A DNA stretch of 64,000 nucleotides. It comes from Pseudomonadota bacterium (GTDB taxonomy: Bacteria; Desulfobacterota; Desulfobacteria; Desulfobacterales; JBDRRP01). The stretch's first letter is position 1. Each line of letters begins with the position of its first letter. Location of the stretch: the NCBI GenBank assembly GCA_043825735.1, contig JBDRRP010000040.1:1-64000 (forward strand), in the 5' to 3' direction. The notes beneath the pieces were generated by a model. The model did not search any database. It was given only the letters and a program-made list of their open reading frames with translations, and was not told the DNA's origin. Both the position numbers and the translations under genes were made by a program. Positions 23,709 to 33,328 of the stretch are shown here, piece after piece.

Positions 23709-24632
23709 ATGCCCCCTTCTACCCTGGAAGATCCGCAAGACGGCTACGTCAGCACGCCGGGCGGCCGCCTCCATTACCTGAAATGGGGCGGGGCCGGTCC
23801 CTGCGCCCATCTGCTGCATGCCAACGGGTTTTGCGCGGGCACCTACGGGCCCTTCGTCCGGTACCTGACCCGGGAACTGACGGTATTTGCCAGCGACATC
23901 CGCGGGCACGGCGGCTCCGATCCGTTGAGCCACCACCGGATCGGCCACTGGAAGATCTTCGCCGCCGATCTCAAAGAGCTGATCGCGTCGGCCATCGGAC
24001 CCCCTGTCGTTGGTATCGGCCACTCCCTGGGGGCCGTCACCACCTATATCGCAGCCGCCCAATATCCCGGCCTGTTTTCCGCGATCATCCTGATCGATCC
24101 GCCGATTTTGCCCCGGCATTGGCTCTGGGGGCTGGCCATACTCAAGCTGGCGGGGCTCGGCGGACGCATCCCTCTGGTCCGGGGCGCCCGGCGGCGGCGT
24201 GTGTTCACGGACAAGCATGAGGCGTTGAAGCGATTTCTCTCCCGGCGGAGTTTCAAGACCTGGTCAAAAGAGTTTGTGGAGGCGTATCTGGAGTGCGGTC
24301 TGCTCGAAAAGGACGATCAAACGGCCATGCTGCGCTGCGATCCGGAACTGGAGGCCCAAATTTTCGAATCGATTCCAATCGACGTGTGGCGATACGGTCC
24401 GCGGATCTCCTGCCCGGTGCTCACAATCCGCGGCGCGGCCTCAGACACCTTCCTGCCCGATGCTGCAGCGCGTCTTGGGCGCATCGTGCCCCGCTGCGAA
24501 TCGATCACGATCCCCGACGCCGGCCACTTCGTCCCCATGGAACAGCCCGAGGCCTGCGCGCAGGCCATCGTCGCCTTTGTCCGGCGCGCCAGGCACAGTG
24601 ACCCCACGCCGGGTGAAGCATTATCACACTAA
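23709..24632 (+). CDS. Alpha/beta hydrolase
   Basis: HANG, DIRGHG, GHSLG nucleophile elbow, AGHFVPME. Confidence 0.9.
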   Translation: MPPSTLEDPQDGYVSTPGGRLHYLKWGGAGPCAHLLHANGFCAGTYGPFVRYLTRELTVFASDIRGHGGSDPLSHHRIGHWKIFAADLKELIASAIGPPVVGIGHSLGAVTTYIAAAQYPGLFSAIILIDPPILPRHWLWGLAILKLAGLGGRIPLVRGARRRRVFTDKHEALKRFLSRRSFKTWSKEFVEAYLECGLLEKDDQTAMLRCDPELEAQIFESIPIDVWRYGPRISCPVLTIRGAASDTFLPDAAARLGRIVPRCESITIPDAGHFVPMEQPEACAQAIVAFVRRARHSDPTPGEALSH

Positions 24633-24909
24633 GCCGCTGTCTTCACATCCTTGCAGTGTGCCGTGGCATGTTCATGGCCGCGTCAGGGAGGACCCCAACC
24701 CCAGCTTTGTAATGGCATTCCTTGCTGGCCGTGGTCGTTATTTTGGAATACTGTCTTTCCATAGGCGCTGTTCGAGACGGATGCGGATAGACCCAGAAGG
24801 TTCATCCCCGAGGAATGATTGTCGGGAAAAGCGGTCTTGAACTGTCAATGATCGGATTGGTTGTTGATATTTGCAAAGCCAACGAAGGTTACGCTCAGGA
24901 AAATTATAC

Positions 24910-25860
24910 TTAAGTTTTTTCATCACCATAAAGGTCCATATCCGGATAATATTTTTTTGCGCACTCAGGACAAATCCCGTGGCTAAATACGACATCGGAA
25001 TGCTTATGAATATATGATTCAATATGATTCCAATATCCCTTATCATCGCGTATCTTTTTACAGGTAGAGCATATCGGTAATAGACCACTTATAATCTTCA
25101 ACTCCTGTGTTTTTTCTTTGACGGTCTTTTCCAGTAAAAGATTCATTTTTTCGACTTTACCATGAATGTTGAGGAACGCATTTATCAGAATTAAGGCCAT
25201 AGAAATATTAAGAGCTGAAAACGCATATTCAAATAAATATAGGAATGAAACAATTCCCATATCTACCAGCACATCATTTATAGTAGCACAATATAAGACA
25301 GCCATTGCCACAACTACTGGGGTTTTCCCATGGCTGGAACTTCGTTGAAATTTGATCAGCCCAACTATTAAGGTCGTAAATATGATAAGCGAAAAAATAG
25401 TCTGAATATTATAAATAACACCCGGGCGTGATTCAAGAATATGAATATTCAGTATCTCACCAAGAACAATGAATTTTTCTGCAGTATACTCGGGAGATAA
25501 AGTCAGGTGGCTTTTAATTGTATATCCAGCAATGATGAATCCAATATTTATGCTCGTAATTATGATAAGGGTTCTTAAAGATAACTTTCCAGTCAAATTG
25601 TGATAAAAAAAGCTAAGTGTGATAGTTAAAAGAGCAATCGACATGAATTGAAGCCTCTGCCATTCAGCTGAGGTTGAAAAATCAATCGAGTTGTAGAGGC
25701 CAACACACCCGATATCGTATACGACGCTGGCAAAACATACGAGAGCGAAACTTCCGTTTGTTTTGTCACTTGGATATCGTATATAAATGAAAATAAAAAG
25801 GATACCAACAAAGCCACTAATTGCGGCCATCGCGACAACAGGCACTGAATGTGGAATCAT
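24910..25860 (-). CDS. 7TM sensor-type membrane protein with C-terminal Cys/His motif (LPICxxCKKIRD...SHGICPEC)
   Basis: About 7 hydrophobic helices, a short coiled coil, then LLPICSTCKKIRDDKGYW...FSHGICPECAKK; markedly AT-rich. Confidence 0.8.
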   Translation of the reverse strand: MIPHSVPVVAMAAISGFVGILFIFIYIRYPSDKTNGSFALVCFASVVYDIGCVGLYNSIDFSTSAEWQRLQFMSIALLTITLSFFYHNLTGKLSLRTLIIITSINIGFIIAGYTIKSHLTLSPEYTAEKFIVLGEILNIHILESRPGVIYNIQTIFSLIIFTTLIVGLIKFQRSSSHGKTPVVVAMAVLYCATINDVLVDMGIVSFLYLFEYAFSALNISMALILINAFLNIHGKVEKMNLLLEKTVKEKTQELKIISGLLPICSTCKKIRDDKGYWNHIESYIHKHSDVVFSHGICPECAKKYYPDMDLYGDEKT

Positions 25861-25889
25861 AGTTGGCGGACCTTTGCTTTCTTATCGAT

Positions 25890-26083
25890 ATTGATAACCC
25901 GGTAAAAAGTCCTCCGACCGTCATGCCGGACTTGATCCGGCATCCATTAGCCTTAGAAATCACTGGATTGCCTTGGAAACCCGGTGCTTCGCATCGAGTT
26001 CCAGACAGACAGCGCCGGATCTCGCTTCACTCGTGCGGAATGACAAAAATGGTGGGAATCCGACTTTTTACGGGACTGTCAAT
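25890..26083. repeat. MITE-like element with 22-bp imperfect terminal IRs and internal CGTC-type palindromes
   Basis: attgataacccggtaaaaagtc / gactttttacgggactgtcaat (18/22 match); internal cgtcatgccggacttgatccggcatcc...cggaatgac. Confidence 0.8.
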
Positions 26084-26157
26084 GAAATGACCAATGCCCG
26101 GTGGTGTCTTTGACAGTTTCCACCCTAACACGGTCTCCGTCAATCATTTTGTCCGTA

Positions 26158-28677
26158 TTATTTGAGGGCAGCGGTGTCAGGGACTGGCTGCGCAATTGGC
26201 TGCCCCTGGCCGGGTTGCCGCTGTGACTGCCGCATCATGCGCAGCGTGTTGCCGATGACGCTCAGACTGCTCAGCAGCATGGCGATGACCGCCACCACCG
26301 GAGACAGCAGCCCCGTCATGGCCACGGGAATCATCAGCAAATTGTAGACAAAGGACAGCGCGAGGTTTTGATGGATATTGCACCGGACGCGGCGGGCGAT
26401 CTGCAAAAAATCCAATAGCTGCTCCGGATGGCTGCGCATGAGGGAGATATCGGCCACCTCGGCGTCCAGGGCGTTTCCGCTGAATACGGTTACCGCCAGA
26501 TCGGCCGCGGCCAGGGCCGGTGCATCGTTGATGCCGTCGCCGATCATGGCCACACCGGCGCCTGCTATTTGGAGGGTTTTCACACGGCTGGCTTTGGCTT
26601 CGGGAGACAGTCCCCCTTCGGCCGATAGAATGCCGATTTGCTGGGCTACCTGTCGGGTCACCGACGGCGCATCACCGGAGAGCAGCGACAGGGACAGCCC
26701 CTCACGGGCAAGACTGTCGACGGCCAGTTTCATGCCGGGACGCAGGCGATCTCCGAAGTGCAGGGTGCCGATCAGCCGGTCGTCTTCACTGATGTACACC
26801 GCCGACGACACGCCATCCGGGTCCGTGGACAGCGGCAGGGTCCGGGGCAAAGGATTGCCTGCGCCGGTAAAGCGGGCATTGCCGATGTTGATCCTGCTGC
26901 CGCCGATACGTCCGGTCACGCCGGCGGTGTGGGCCGTGATCTCCGATGCCGCGGGGATCTCCAAACACCGCTCTCTGGCGTTACGGCGGATTTCCTCGGC
27001 GATGGGATGCCGGCTGGCGGTCTCCAGGGCGGCGGCCATGGCCAGTACCGTGTCGGGAGCGATTCCGGGTGCGGCGGAGATGCCCAATAAACGCCACCGT
27101 CCGGTGGTCACGGTGCCGGTTTTGTCCAGAATTAGGGCGGAAACGCCGGCAGCGGTTTCGAAGGCGTCGAAATCGCGTACGAGAATGCCCTGGCGTGCCG
27201 CCATCGAAACGCCGGCCACCCGTGCCAGGGGAACGGCCACGCCCAGGGCGCAGGGGCAGGCGATGACCAGGACCGTGACGGCGCGAATCAGTGCCGTCTC
27301 CCCGCCCAGGCCGGCGACGGCGGTGCCAACGGCAGTGAACACCGCGAGCGCGATGACGGTCGGCACAAAGTATAGCAGCCATTGTTCGGTGCGGCTCTCA
27401 TGCGACGTTTTTACGGCAAGGGCCGCCTGCATGATCCGGATCATCTGCATGAGGGTGGTATCCGGTCCCACTTGAAGGGCACGCACCCTGAGATCTCCGT
27501 CCACAACCGTGCAGCCGCTGATGACCGGAGAACCTGGGCCTTTTCCCACCGGCCGCGGCTCACCGGTGAGGGTGGATTCGTCCATCGTGCCGTCACCGGA
27601 GATGACGACGCCGTCGGCGACGGCCGCCTCACCGGGACTCAACCGGAACATGTCCCCTGAGGCGAGCCGCAGCGCCGGCACGTAGCGGCCCTCAGGGCGC
27701 TCGGTCGTGCACAGGCGCACCTTGGCCGGCACCAGGGCGCTGAAGGCACCCAGGTCGCTGTGGACAGCGGCCTTGGCGCGCTGCTCGAGGATCTGGCCCA
27801 GTAGCACCAGGGTAATGAGCATGGCGCAGGTGTCAAAGTACAGATGAATGCTGCCCCGGATCAGGTTGACGGTGCTGTAGGCAAAGGCGCTGGTGGCGGC
27901 GATGGCGATCAGGGTCTCCATGCCGAACGCCCGGGCGCGCAGACCGGCGGCGGCGCGCATGAAAATGGGCTGGCCGCCGTAGCCGTAGACGATCACTGCC
28001 AGCAGGAACATGGGCAGCGATATCTTGAAAATGCTGTCGGCATCCAGATTCGTGACGAATCCGGTGTATAGGGCTGCGCTGAGCATCATGATGTTCATGG
28101 TAAGCAGTGCGCACACTGAAAAGCGGATGAACGCCCTGCGGTGAAAGCCGCGCGACTCGGACTCGCCCACCAGGGCAGCCCGGTAACCCAGCCGGTCAAC
28201 GGCGGCGATGATGTCGGCGGGTCGGCGGCGCCGCGGGTCGTAGCGGCAGGAGAGGCGGTCGCTGGAGAAATGGCTGGTGGCCTCGGTCACGCCGGGCAGC
28301 CCCGAGACGGCACGCTGGATGACCCAGGCGCAGGCCGGGCACCACATCCCATGAATCGCTATCGCCAGAGGCAGGCTGTCGTCTCCGGCAGTGCCTGCCG
28401 GTTCGCCGCTGGACCCCGGAGCGTCGCCCCCGGCAAGGCGGTCGAGATCGGCGGTGGTGGTGGGGATGATGCCCAGGCTGCGGCATTCCTGGAACAGTTC
28501 ACTGGCGGCGGCATCACCCGCGATCCCCGCTTCGGCCAGGATGGTGTAGACCTGTCGGCAGCCGATGCAGCAAAATCTCAAGGTGCGGCTGCCTTCTGAC
28601 AGCGTCCGGGCTCCGTGGGTGATCGGCAGCCCGCACAGCGCACAGATGTCGGCGGTGGTCATCGGCCTACTGTCCAT
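26158..28677 (-). CDS. ccoI: P1B heavy-metal (Cu) ATPase, CcoI/FixI-like
   Basis: N-terminal CxxC...FCCxGC, GMWCPAC HMA, TGEP, CPC, DKTGT, HP, GDGINDAP; last gene of the cbb3 operon. Confidence 0.85.
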   Translation of the reverse strand: MDSRPMTTADICALCGLPITHGARTLSEGSRTLRFCCIGCRQVYTILAEAGIAGDAAASELFQECRSLGIIPTTTADLDRLAGGDAPGSSGEPAGTAGDDSLPLAIAIHGMWCPACAWVIQRAVSGLPGVTEATSHFSSDRLSCRYDPRRRRPADIIAAVDRLGYRAALVGESESRGFHRRAFIRFSVCALLTMNIMMLSAALYTGFVTNLDADSIFKISLPMFLLAVIVYGYGGQPIFMRAAAGLRARAFGMETLIAIAATSAFAYSTVNLIRGSIHLYFDTCAMLITLVLLGQILEQRAKAAVHSDLGAFSALVPAKVRLCTTERPEGRYVPALRLASGDMFRLSPGEAAVADGVVISGDGTMDESTLTGEPRPVGKGPGSPVISGCTVVDGDLRVRALQVGPDTTLMQMIRIMQAALAVKTSHESRTEQWLLYFVPTVIALAVFTAVGTAVAGLGGETALIRAVTVLVIACPCALGVAVPLARVAGVSMAARQGILVRDFDAFETAAGVSALILDKTGTVTTGRWRLLGISAAPGIAPDTVLAMAAALETASRHPIAEEIRRNARERCLEIPAASEITAHTAGVTGRIGGSRINIGNARFTGAGNPLPRTLPLSTDPDGVSSAVYISEDDRLIGTLHFGDRLRPGMKLAVDSLAREGLSLSLLSGDAPSVTRQVAQQIGILSAEGGLSPEAKASRVKTLQIAGAGVAMIGDGINDAPALAAADLAVTVFSGNALDAEVADISLMRSHPEQLLDFLQIARRVRCNIHQNLALSFVYNLLMIPVAMTGLLSPVVAVIAMLLSSLSVIGNTLRMMRQSQRQPGQGQPIAQPVPDTAALK

Positions 28678-28702
28678 TCACAGGGCAATCGCGCACAGGA
28701 TT

Positions 28703-28725
28703 GTAGGAGCGGGCCATGCCCGCGA
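28703..28725 (+). repeat. GTAG-type REP
   Basis: GTAGGAGCGGGCCATGCCCGCGA. Confidence 0.7.
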
Positions 28726-28750
28726 TTTGGCCAATCGCGGATGGGCCCGA

Positions 28751-29272
28751 TTAATTTCGGGCGCCCAGCGATTTGACAAAGGCGATGATGCGCCACCGGT
28801 CGGGGGGGGCAATCGTGGTGGCCAGTGCCGGCTGGCGGCCTCCCGGAATGCCGTAGCTGATTTCCTTGAACATCGCTCCCGGAGAAAGCGCCTGCACCTT
28901 GGCGCTGCGAAGATCACCGGGAAGTGGGGCGAAACTTTGTCCCACGGTGCCCTGGCCGTCGAAAGCGCGGCCGTGGCATTGCTGGCAGTATCGCCCGTAA
29001 AGGATCTTTCCGGCCGCAACGACTTCGGCTACCGGCGTGCCCGCCAGCGGTGATGTGAGATCACCGGTTGCTGCCAGGCGCCACAGTGTTTCGCCGCCGG
29101 TTACCGGGACCAGACCCGTATCCATGACCAGCAGCGGCTGCTCGTGGGGCCGGACTGCCGGCGTTTCCCACATGCGGCCAACCTTCATGTTATAGTCATA
29201 CGTCGTGATGACCCCGTAAGCGGCGAACAGGACGACGGAAACGGCTATCAGCAGTATTGTCACGCGCTTCAT
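28751..29272 (-). CDS. Membrane-anchored monoheme cytochrome c, ActE-like
   Basis: N-terminal TM, MWETPAVRPHE, CQQCH. Confidence 0.75.
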   Translation of the reverse strand: MKRVTILLIAVSVVLFAAYGVITTYDYNMKVGRMWETPAVRPHEQPLLVMDTGLVPVTGGETLWRLAATGDLTSPLAGTPVAEVVAAGKILYGRYCQQCHGRAFDGQGTVGQSFAPLPGDLRSAKVQALSPGAMFKEISYGIPGGRQPALATTIAPPDRWRIIAFVKSLGARN

Positions 29273-29500
29273 CTATTCCCCCATACGCCCTTTGACGTGT
29301 TGCGGAAATGGCAGAAACTGGTAGGCCGCGTAGGCGGACTGCGCCGGCACATCTGCCACCGGGCGGTAGCTCCAGGTGGGTTGTCCCAGGTCGGATACCA
29401 CGTAAAAGGACAAAAACCCTTTGCCCAGGATAATGGCTACCAGCACGGCGATCCACAGCCAGGTGCGCCAGACGGATTCGTTTTTGGTGGCGTGCGTCAT
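29273..29500 (-). CDS. Small single-TM hypothetical protein
   Basis: Tightly coupled to both neighbours; one hydrophobic helix. Confidence 0.65.
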   Translation of the reverse strand: MTHATKNESVWRTWLWIAVLVAIILGKGFLSFYVVSDLGQPTWSYRPVADVPAQSAYAAYQFLPFPQHVKGRMGE

Positions 29501-29775
29501 GATATCTTCACTCCCAGTGCACCGTGAAGGGTAATGTAGAGAACGGCCCAGATAAATACCCCGACGATGATCAGCACCATGAACAGGGGAAAAGGCGCGT
29601 CGCGGTCTTCGATGCCGTCGGGAAACACATGGGTGATGGCGGTTTTTCGGTGCTCGGCGTCTTTGGTGCGAAAATGCATATAGCCCAGGCCGATGAAAAA
29701 AATCACCATGAACACCAGGGTGGGGAAGACCACCCCCATGACATGTTGAAAGTTGAGCAACGCGAATAACCGCAT
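29497..29775 (-). CDS. Small two-TM protein resembling the CcoP/FixP N-terminal anchor
   Basis: THVFPDGIEDRDAPFPLFMVL...IWAVLY resembles the CcoP H-x-x-DGI-x-E-x-x-NPLP motif; GGAGG RBS. Confidence 0.65.
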   Translation of the reverse strand: MRLFALLNFQHVMGVVFPTLVFMVIFFIGLGYMHFRTKDAEHRKTAITHVFPDGIEDRDAPFPLFMVLIIVGVFIWAVLYITLHGALGVKIS

Positions 29776-29785
29776 GGCGCCTCCT

Positions 29786-30043
29786 CTACGGTGCCTTGAT
29801 CAGTGCAAAGAGTATTACCGCCGCGCTGGTGGCCAGGCCGGCGATTGCCAGAAATACCAGCGCTGCCATCTCGTAGCGCCCCCACCGTGACACGCGTGTC
29901 GGCTCACCGCCGTCGTTTTCCAGGGGCAGATAACGCGCCCGCTGCTGATCGGTGAACTGACCGGTGTTGAGCGCCCAGAAAAACACCACCAGGCTCAGCA
30001 CCAACCCGACACTCATATAAGCCATGAAATAAGGAAAATACAT
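29786..30043 (-). CDS. ccoS: cbb3 oxidase maturation protein CcoS/FixS
   Basis: FFWALNTGQFTD motif after a TM helix. Confidence 0.85.
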   Translation of the reverse strand: MYFPYFMAYMSVGLVLSLVVFFWALNTGQFTDQQRARYLPLENDGGEPTRVSRWGRYEMAALVFLAIAGLATSAAVILFALIKAP

Positions 30044-30068
30044 CGTCTCGTCCTTTTATACGTCCAAT

Positions 30069-30312
30069 CTTGATGCGCCCGTAAAAAGTCCGGATCTCTC
30101 GCAAAGCCGCCAAGATCGCAAAGTTAATACAGTGATATTAAATAATTTTTTCTTGGCGCGCTTGGCGTCTTTGCGAGCTTGTCAATCTTACTCCTCAGAA
30201 ACAGTCTCTACTGTGTCGTTGAAAATTAGCCACGGCACTTATGAAGTGCACGGAGTTTTTGATCCATTACTGTTTTTTAGGCTTTCTCCGTGTCCTCCGT
30301 GATCCGTGGTGA
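30069..30312. repeat. Nested repeats inside the respiratory operon (MITE-like end, CGCAAAG hairpin, CACGGAG hairpin)
   Basis: ttgatgcgcccgtaaaaagtc; ctcgcaaagccgccaag...cttggcgtctttgcgag; cacggag...ctccgtgtcctccgtg. Confidence 0.75.
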
Positions 30313-30335
30313 ATACATATTGCTGTTTTTTACGA

Positions 30336-31271
30336 TTACGGCTCATAGGCCGCATCGATGCCCCGGGGCTCGGCGTTGGCATCGCTCTGGTTGATGAAAT
30401 AGACGGCGACATAGTTGCCCACGTCCCAGATTTTCTCAGATTCCAGCTCCCGCTTGAAGTACGGCATGGCCGTGCCGGTGATGCCGTTCATGATCTGGTA
30501 GTAAAGGATGCCCCCGGAGATGCCGCGGTTTTTCACGATGGTGAAATTGAGCGGCGGCGGATAAATGTACGGCTGCGCCGGTCCCATGCCGTCGCCCACC
30601 GGGCCGTGGCAGCCGAGGCAGAAATCCTGATAGATCTTGTGGCCGCGGGCCAGCCCGGCCGCCGTCGTGGGGTAGGGGTTGGGGATCTCACGCCAGCCGG
30701 CGGGCACTTCACTGTGAAGCCATTTCACGTTGGCTTCCACGCCGGCCTCGTATGCCGCGATCGCCTTTTCTTTCCAGTATCGCTGGCGTGCCATGCGCCG
30801 GTCCGCATCTTTCATGCCCAGTCCCTGGACGTAGGCGATGAGTTCGTCCGTCTCGCCGTCACCCAGAAACCCAAAAGCGGGCATGATGGACACGGGCCGG
30901 GTGTAGCGGGGGTTGGTGAAGTGGGCCAAGTGCCAGTCGTCGGGGTGCTCTCCCCCGTCCTGCGAGAGGTCCGGACCGGTGCGCTGCGAGCCCAGCAGGA
31001 TCGGGTGATCGCTGATATAGTCCCCGGCCTGGGCAATGCGCTCGGCCCCCAGGCCCCAGTCGACGGTGCGGATGGACTGGCTGTGGCAGTAGACGCAGCC
31101 GTTGCTGATATAGATGGCCCGGCCGGCGTTTTCAGGGGCCGTCCGCAGGCGGTAGATCTCCGAAGGGACTGTTTTGCTCGTGTTGGCATAAGGGAGCACG
31201 ACCACCACGAACACAACGGTGAACAGGATGATCAGGCTGCCGAAAACCACCGATAGGGGCGTCATTTTCAT
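30336..31271 (-). CDS. ccoO: cbb3-type oxidase subunit II fused to an extra cytochrome c domain
   Basis: GRAIYISNGCVYCHSQ, LGSQRTGPDL, SIMP; second heme site CLGCH...TAMPYF. Confidence 0.9.
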   Translation of the reverse strand: MKMTPLSVVFGSLIILFTVVFVVVVLPYANTSKTVPSEIYRLRTAPENAGRAIYISNGCVYCHSQSIRTVDWGLGAERIAQAGDYISDHPILLGSQRTGPDLSQDGGEHPDDWHLAHFTNPRYTRPVSIMPAFGFLGDGETDELIAYVQGLGMKDADRRMARQRYWKEKAIAAYEAGVEANVKWLHSEVPAGWREIPNPYPTTAAGLARGHKIYQDFCLGCHGPVGDGMGPAQPYIYPPPLNFTIVKNRGISGGILYYQIMNGITGTAMPYFKRELESEKIWDVGNYVAVYFINQSDANAEPRGIDAAYEP

Positions 31272-32641
31272 GATGACGATACTCCCGGGTTGAAAAAAAG
31301 CGTCCGGACGATGTTGTAGAGCCCGAGCGCCGAGGAGGTGAAGATCATCAGGCCCAGGGAGGCCCTTACGAGGTAGTAGACGTGGATTTCGGGCAGCACC
31401 CGGTAGACGGTTTCACCGTTGAGCCAGGCGTTGCCCTGGATGAGGCCGGCGATGGTGAGCACCACCGTGAAGCCGACGACGCCGATGAGCACCATCCAGT
31501 ACTGGAAGTCTGCGAGAAGACGGCTGTAGAGCGGTTTTCCCGCAATACGCGGCAGGATGTAGTAGATGCCGCCCAGACTGATCATGCCGGCAAAACCCAG
31601 CACGCCGATGTGGGCGTGGGCCACCACCCAGTTGTTGAAATGGGTGACGCGCTGCACGTCGGGTAGTGCCATCATCGAGCCCTGGATGCTGACGAAGAAG
31701 TACATGATGGTGCCGGTGAAAACGAACTTGGCGCCGATGTCGGCGTGGATTTCCCCCAGTTTGCCCTTGGCCGTGTACCAGATGTTGATGAGGAAGGCCA
31801 TGACCGGGATGACCATGGCCACGGAGTCCACGATGGCCACCACCTTGAGCCAGGTCGGTACCGGCACCTGCAGCAGGTGATGGGTGCCGATGTGGGTGTA
31901 GACCACCAGCAGCGACCAGAACCCCAGCAGCGACAGGGTGTGACTGTAGAGCGGCGCCTTGCATGCCCTGGGGATGACGTAGTAGGCCACGGCCGCCGAC
32001 AGCGGCGTGAGCAGCAGGCCGAACACGTTGTGGCCGTAAAACCAGAGCAGAATCGCGTCGGGGATGCCCACCAGGGCGCCCGTGTCGGGCCGCCAGATGA
32101 CGTTGCCCATGGCAAAGGTGCATGCGGTGAGCACCGCCCCGGCACAGGCATACCAGACCGATACGTAGAGCAGCGGCTCCTGGCGGTGTTTTACCGTCAT
32201 GAGCAGATTGATGATCACCATTCCGAAGACAGCCACCACCAGCATGTCGACGGGCCAGATCATTTCGGCGTACTCGCGCCCCTGGCTGTGCCCGCTGGCC
32301 AGTGTGGCCACCACCCCCACCAGCATAATGTTCCAGACGATCACCGTGGCCACGCCCAGTTTCTCACTGAACAGCGGGGCCCTGAGCACGCGGGGCACGA
32401 TGTAGAAGACCCCGGCCATCAGACCCGGCGTCACGAAACCGAACAGCACGAGGTTGACGTGGATGGGGCGTACCCGGCCGAAGACGATCCAGGCGATGTT
32501 TTCCGTAAGATCGGGCGCCACCAGTTCAAGGGCGCCGGTAAACCCGAAGAGGGTCGCCACGATCATCCAGCTTCCGGCGGTCAGGCAAAACCCTTTTGCC
32601 GTGTTGTAGGAGGGGCTCGCCGTATCTGTGTTCCTTGACAA
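31268..32641 (-). CDS. ccoN: cbb3-type (C-family) heme-copper oxidase subunit I
   Basis: FGRVRPIHVN, GREYAE, WFYGHN, YTHIGTHH, WVVAHAH: six His ligands plus the helix VII Tyr. Confidence 0.92.
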   Translation of the reverse strand: MSRNTDTASPSYNTAKGFCLTAGSWMIVATLFGFTGALELVAPDLTENIAWIVFGRVRPIHVNLVLFGFVTPGLMAGVFYIVPRVLRAPLFSEKLGVATVIVWNIMLVGVVATLASGHSQGREYAEMIWPVDMLVVAVFGMVIINLLMTVKHRQEPLLYVSVWYACAGAVLTACTFAMGNVIWRPDTGALVGIPDAILLWFYGHNVFGLLLTPLSAAVAYYVIPRACKAPLYSHTLSLLGFWSLLVVYTHIGTHHLLQVPVPTWLKVVAIVDSVAMVIPVMAFLINIWYTAKGKLGEIHADIGAKFVFTGTIMYFFVSIQGSMMALPDVQRVTHFNNWVVAHAHIGVLGFAGMISLGGIYYILPRIAGKPLYSRLLADFQYWMVLIGVVGFTVVLTIAGLIQGNAWLNGETVYRVLPEIHVYYLVRASLGLMIFTSSALGLYNIVRTLFFNPGVSSS

Positions 32642-32695
32642 ATCAGGTTCTCCTTGTGATGGACGCCCGCGCGCGCGGCCGTCGTTGGCGACGGA

Positions 32696-33328
32696 TCAAC
32701 TGTGGCAGGCCAGCCAGCATCCGATGTTCGCCTTTTTCTCCCGGTGGCATTCTATGCAAAATCCCATGTAAAAACGCTTCCCCTTGAGGCGGTCCATGGT
32801 TTCCACCGCCCCGTGGCAGGACTGGCACTCAATGCCTTTGCGGATGTGCCGCTCATGGTTGAACAGCACGTGCTCGGCCACGAGGTAGACTTTGCGCCAC
32901 GGCGTCGGGGTGTTGGTGTCGAAGTAATTGTGCTCTTTTTTAATCTGCGGGTGGCCGGCGATAATGTAGCGGTGGCAGTACAGGCATTTATCCACCGGCG
33001 GCAGCCCCGGGTGGATGGACTCGCCGACGTAAGGGTGGCAGAACTGGCACTGGATGGCCTTGTGGCCGGCGTGCAGCCGATGGGAAAAGGGAATGGGCTG
33101 CTCCGGACCGATCGCCGTCGCCGGCGACATGTAGAAAAAGTACAAAAACCCCAGAATCAGCAGCACGCTGGCGGTGATGAGCGCCAGCGGCCCGAGATTT
33201 GCCCGAAGGGCGGCAATGGTTTCGCCAAAGGCGGTGAACAACCGCTGCAGGCGGCCGCGGGTCGCCACCAGGATGATGGCGAGTGCCAGAGCGAGCAGGG
33301 TAGCGGTGGCGATCAATATCTCCATCAC
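32696..33328 (-). CDS. actA: Membrane-anchored pentaheme cytochrome c (ActA-like)
   Basis: PEQPIPFSHRLHAG; CQFCH, CLYCH, CQSCH, CIECH and CWLACH. Confidence 0.8.
   Translation of the reverse strand: MMEILIATATLLALALAIILVATRGRLQRLFTAFGETIAALRANLGPLALITASVLLILGFLYFFYMSPATAIGPEQPIPFSHRLHAGHKAIQCQFCHPYVGESIHPGLPPVDKCLYCHRYIIAGHPQIKKEHNYFDTNTPTPWRKVYLVAEHVLFNHERHIRKGIECQSCHGAVETMDRLKGKRFYMGFCIECHREKKANIGCWLACHS

Noticed and set aside
31268..32641. Nitric oxide reductase NorB instead of CcoN
   Set aside because: It has WFYGHN and the YxxxGxHH Tyr of C-family oxidases, lacks the NorB HLWVEG glutamate, and ccoS and a Cu-ATPase are adjacent.
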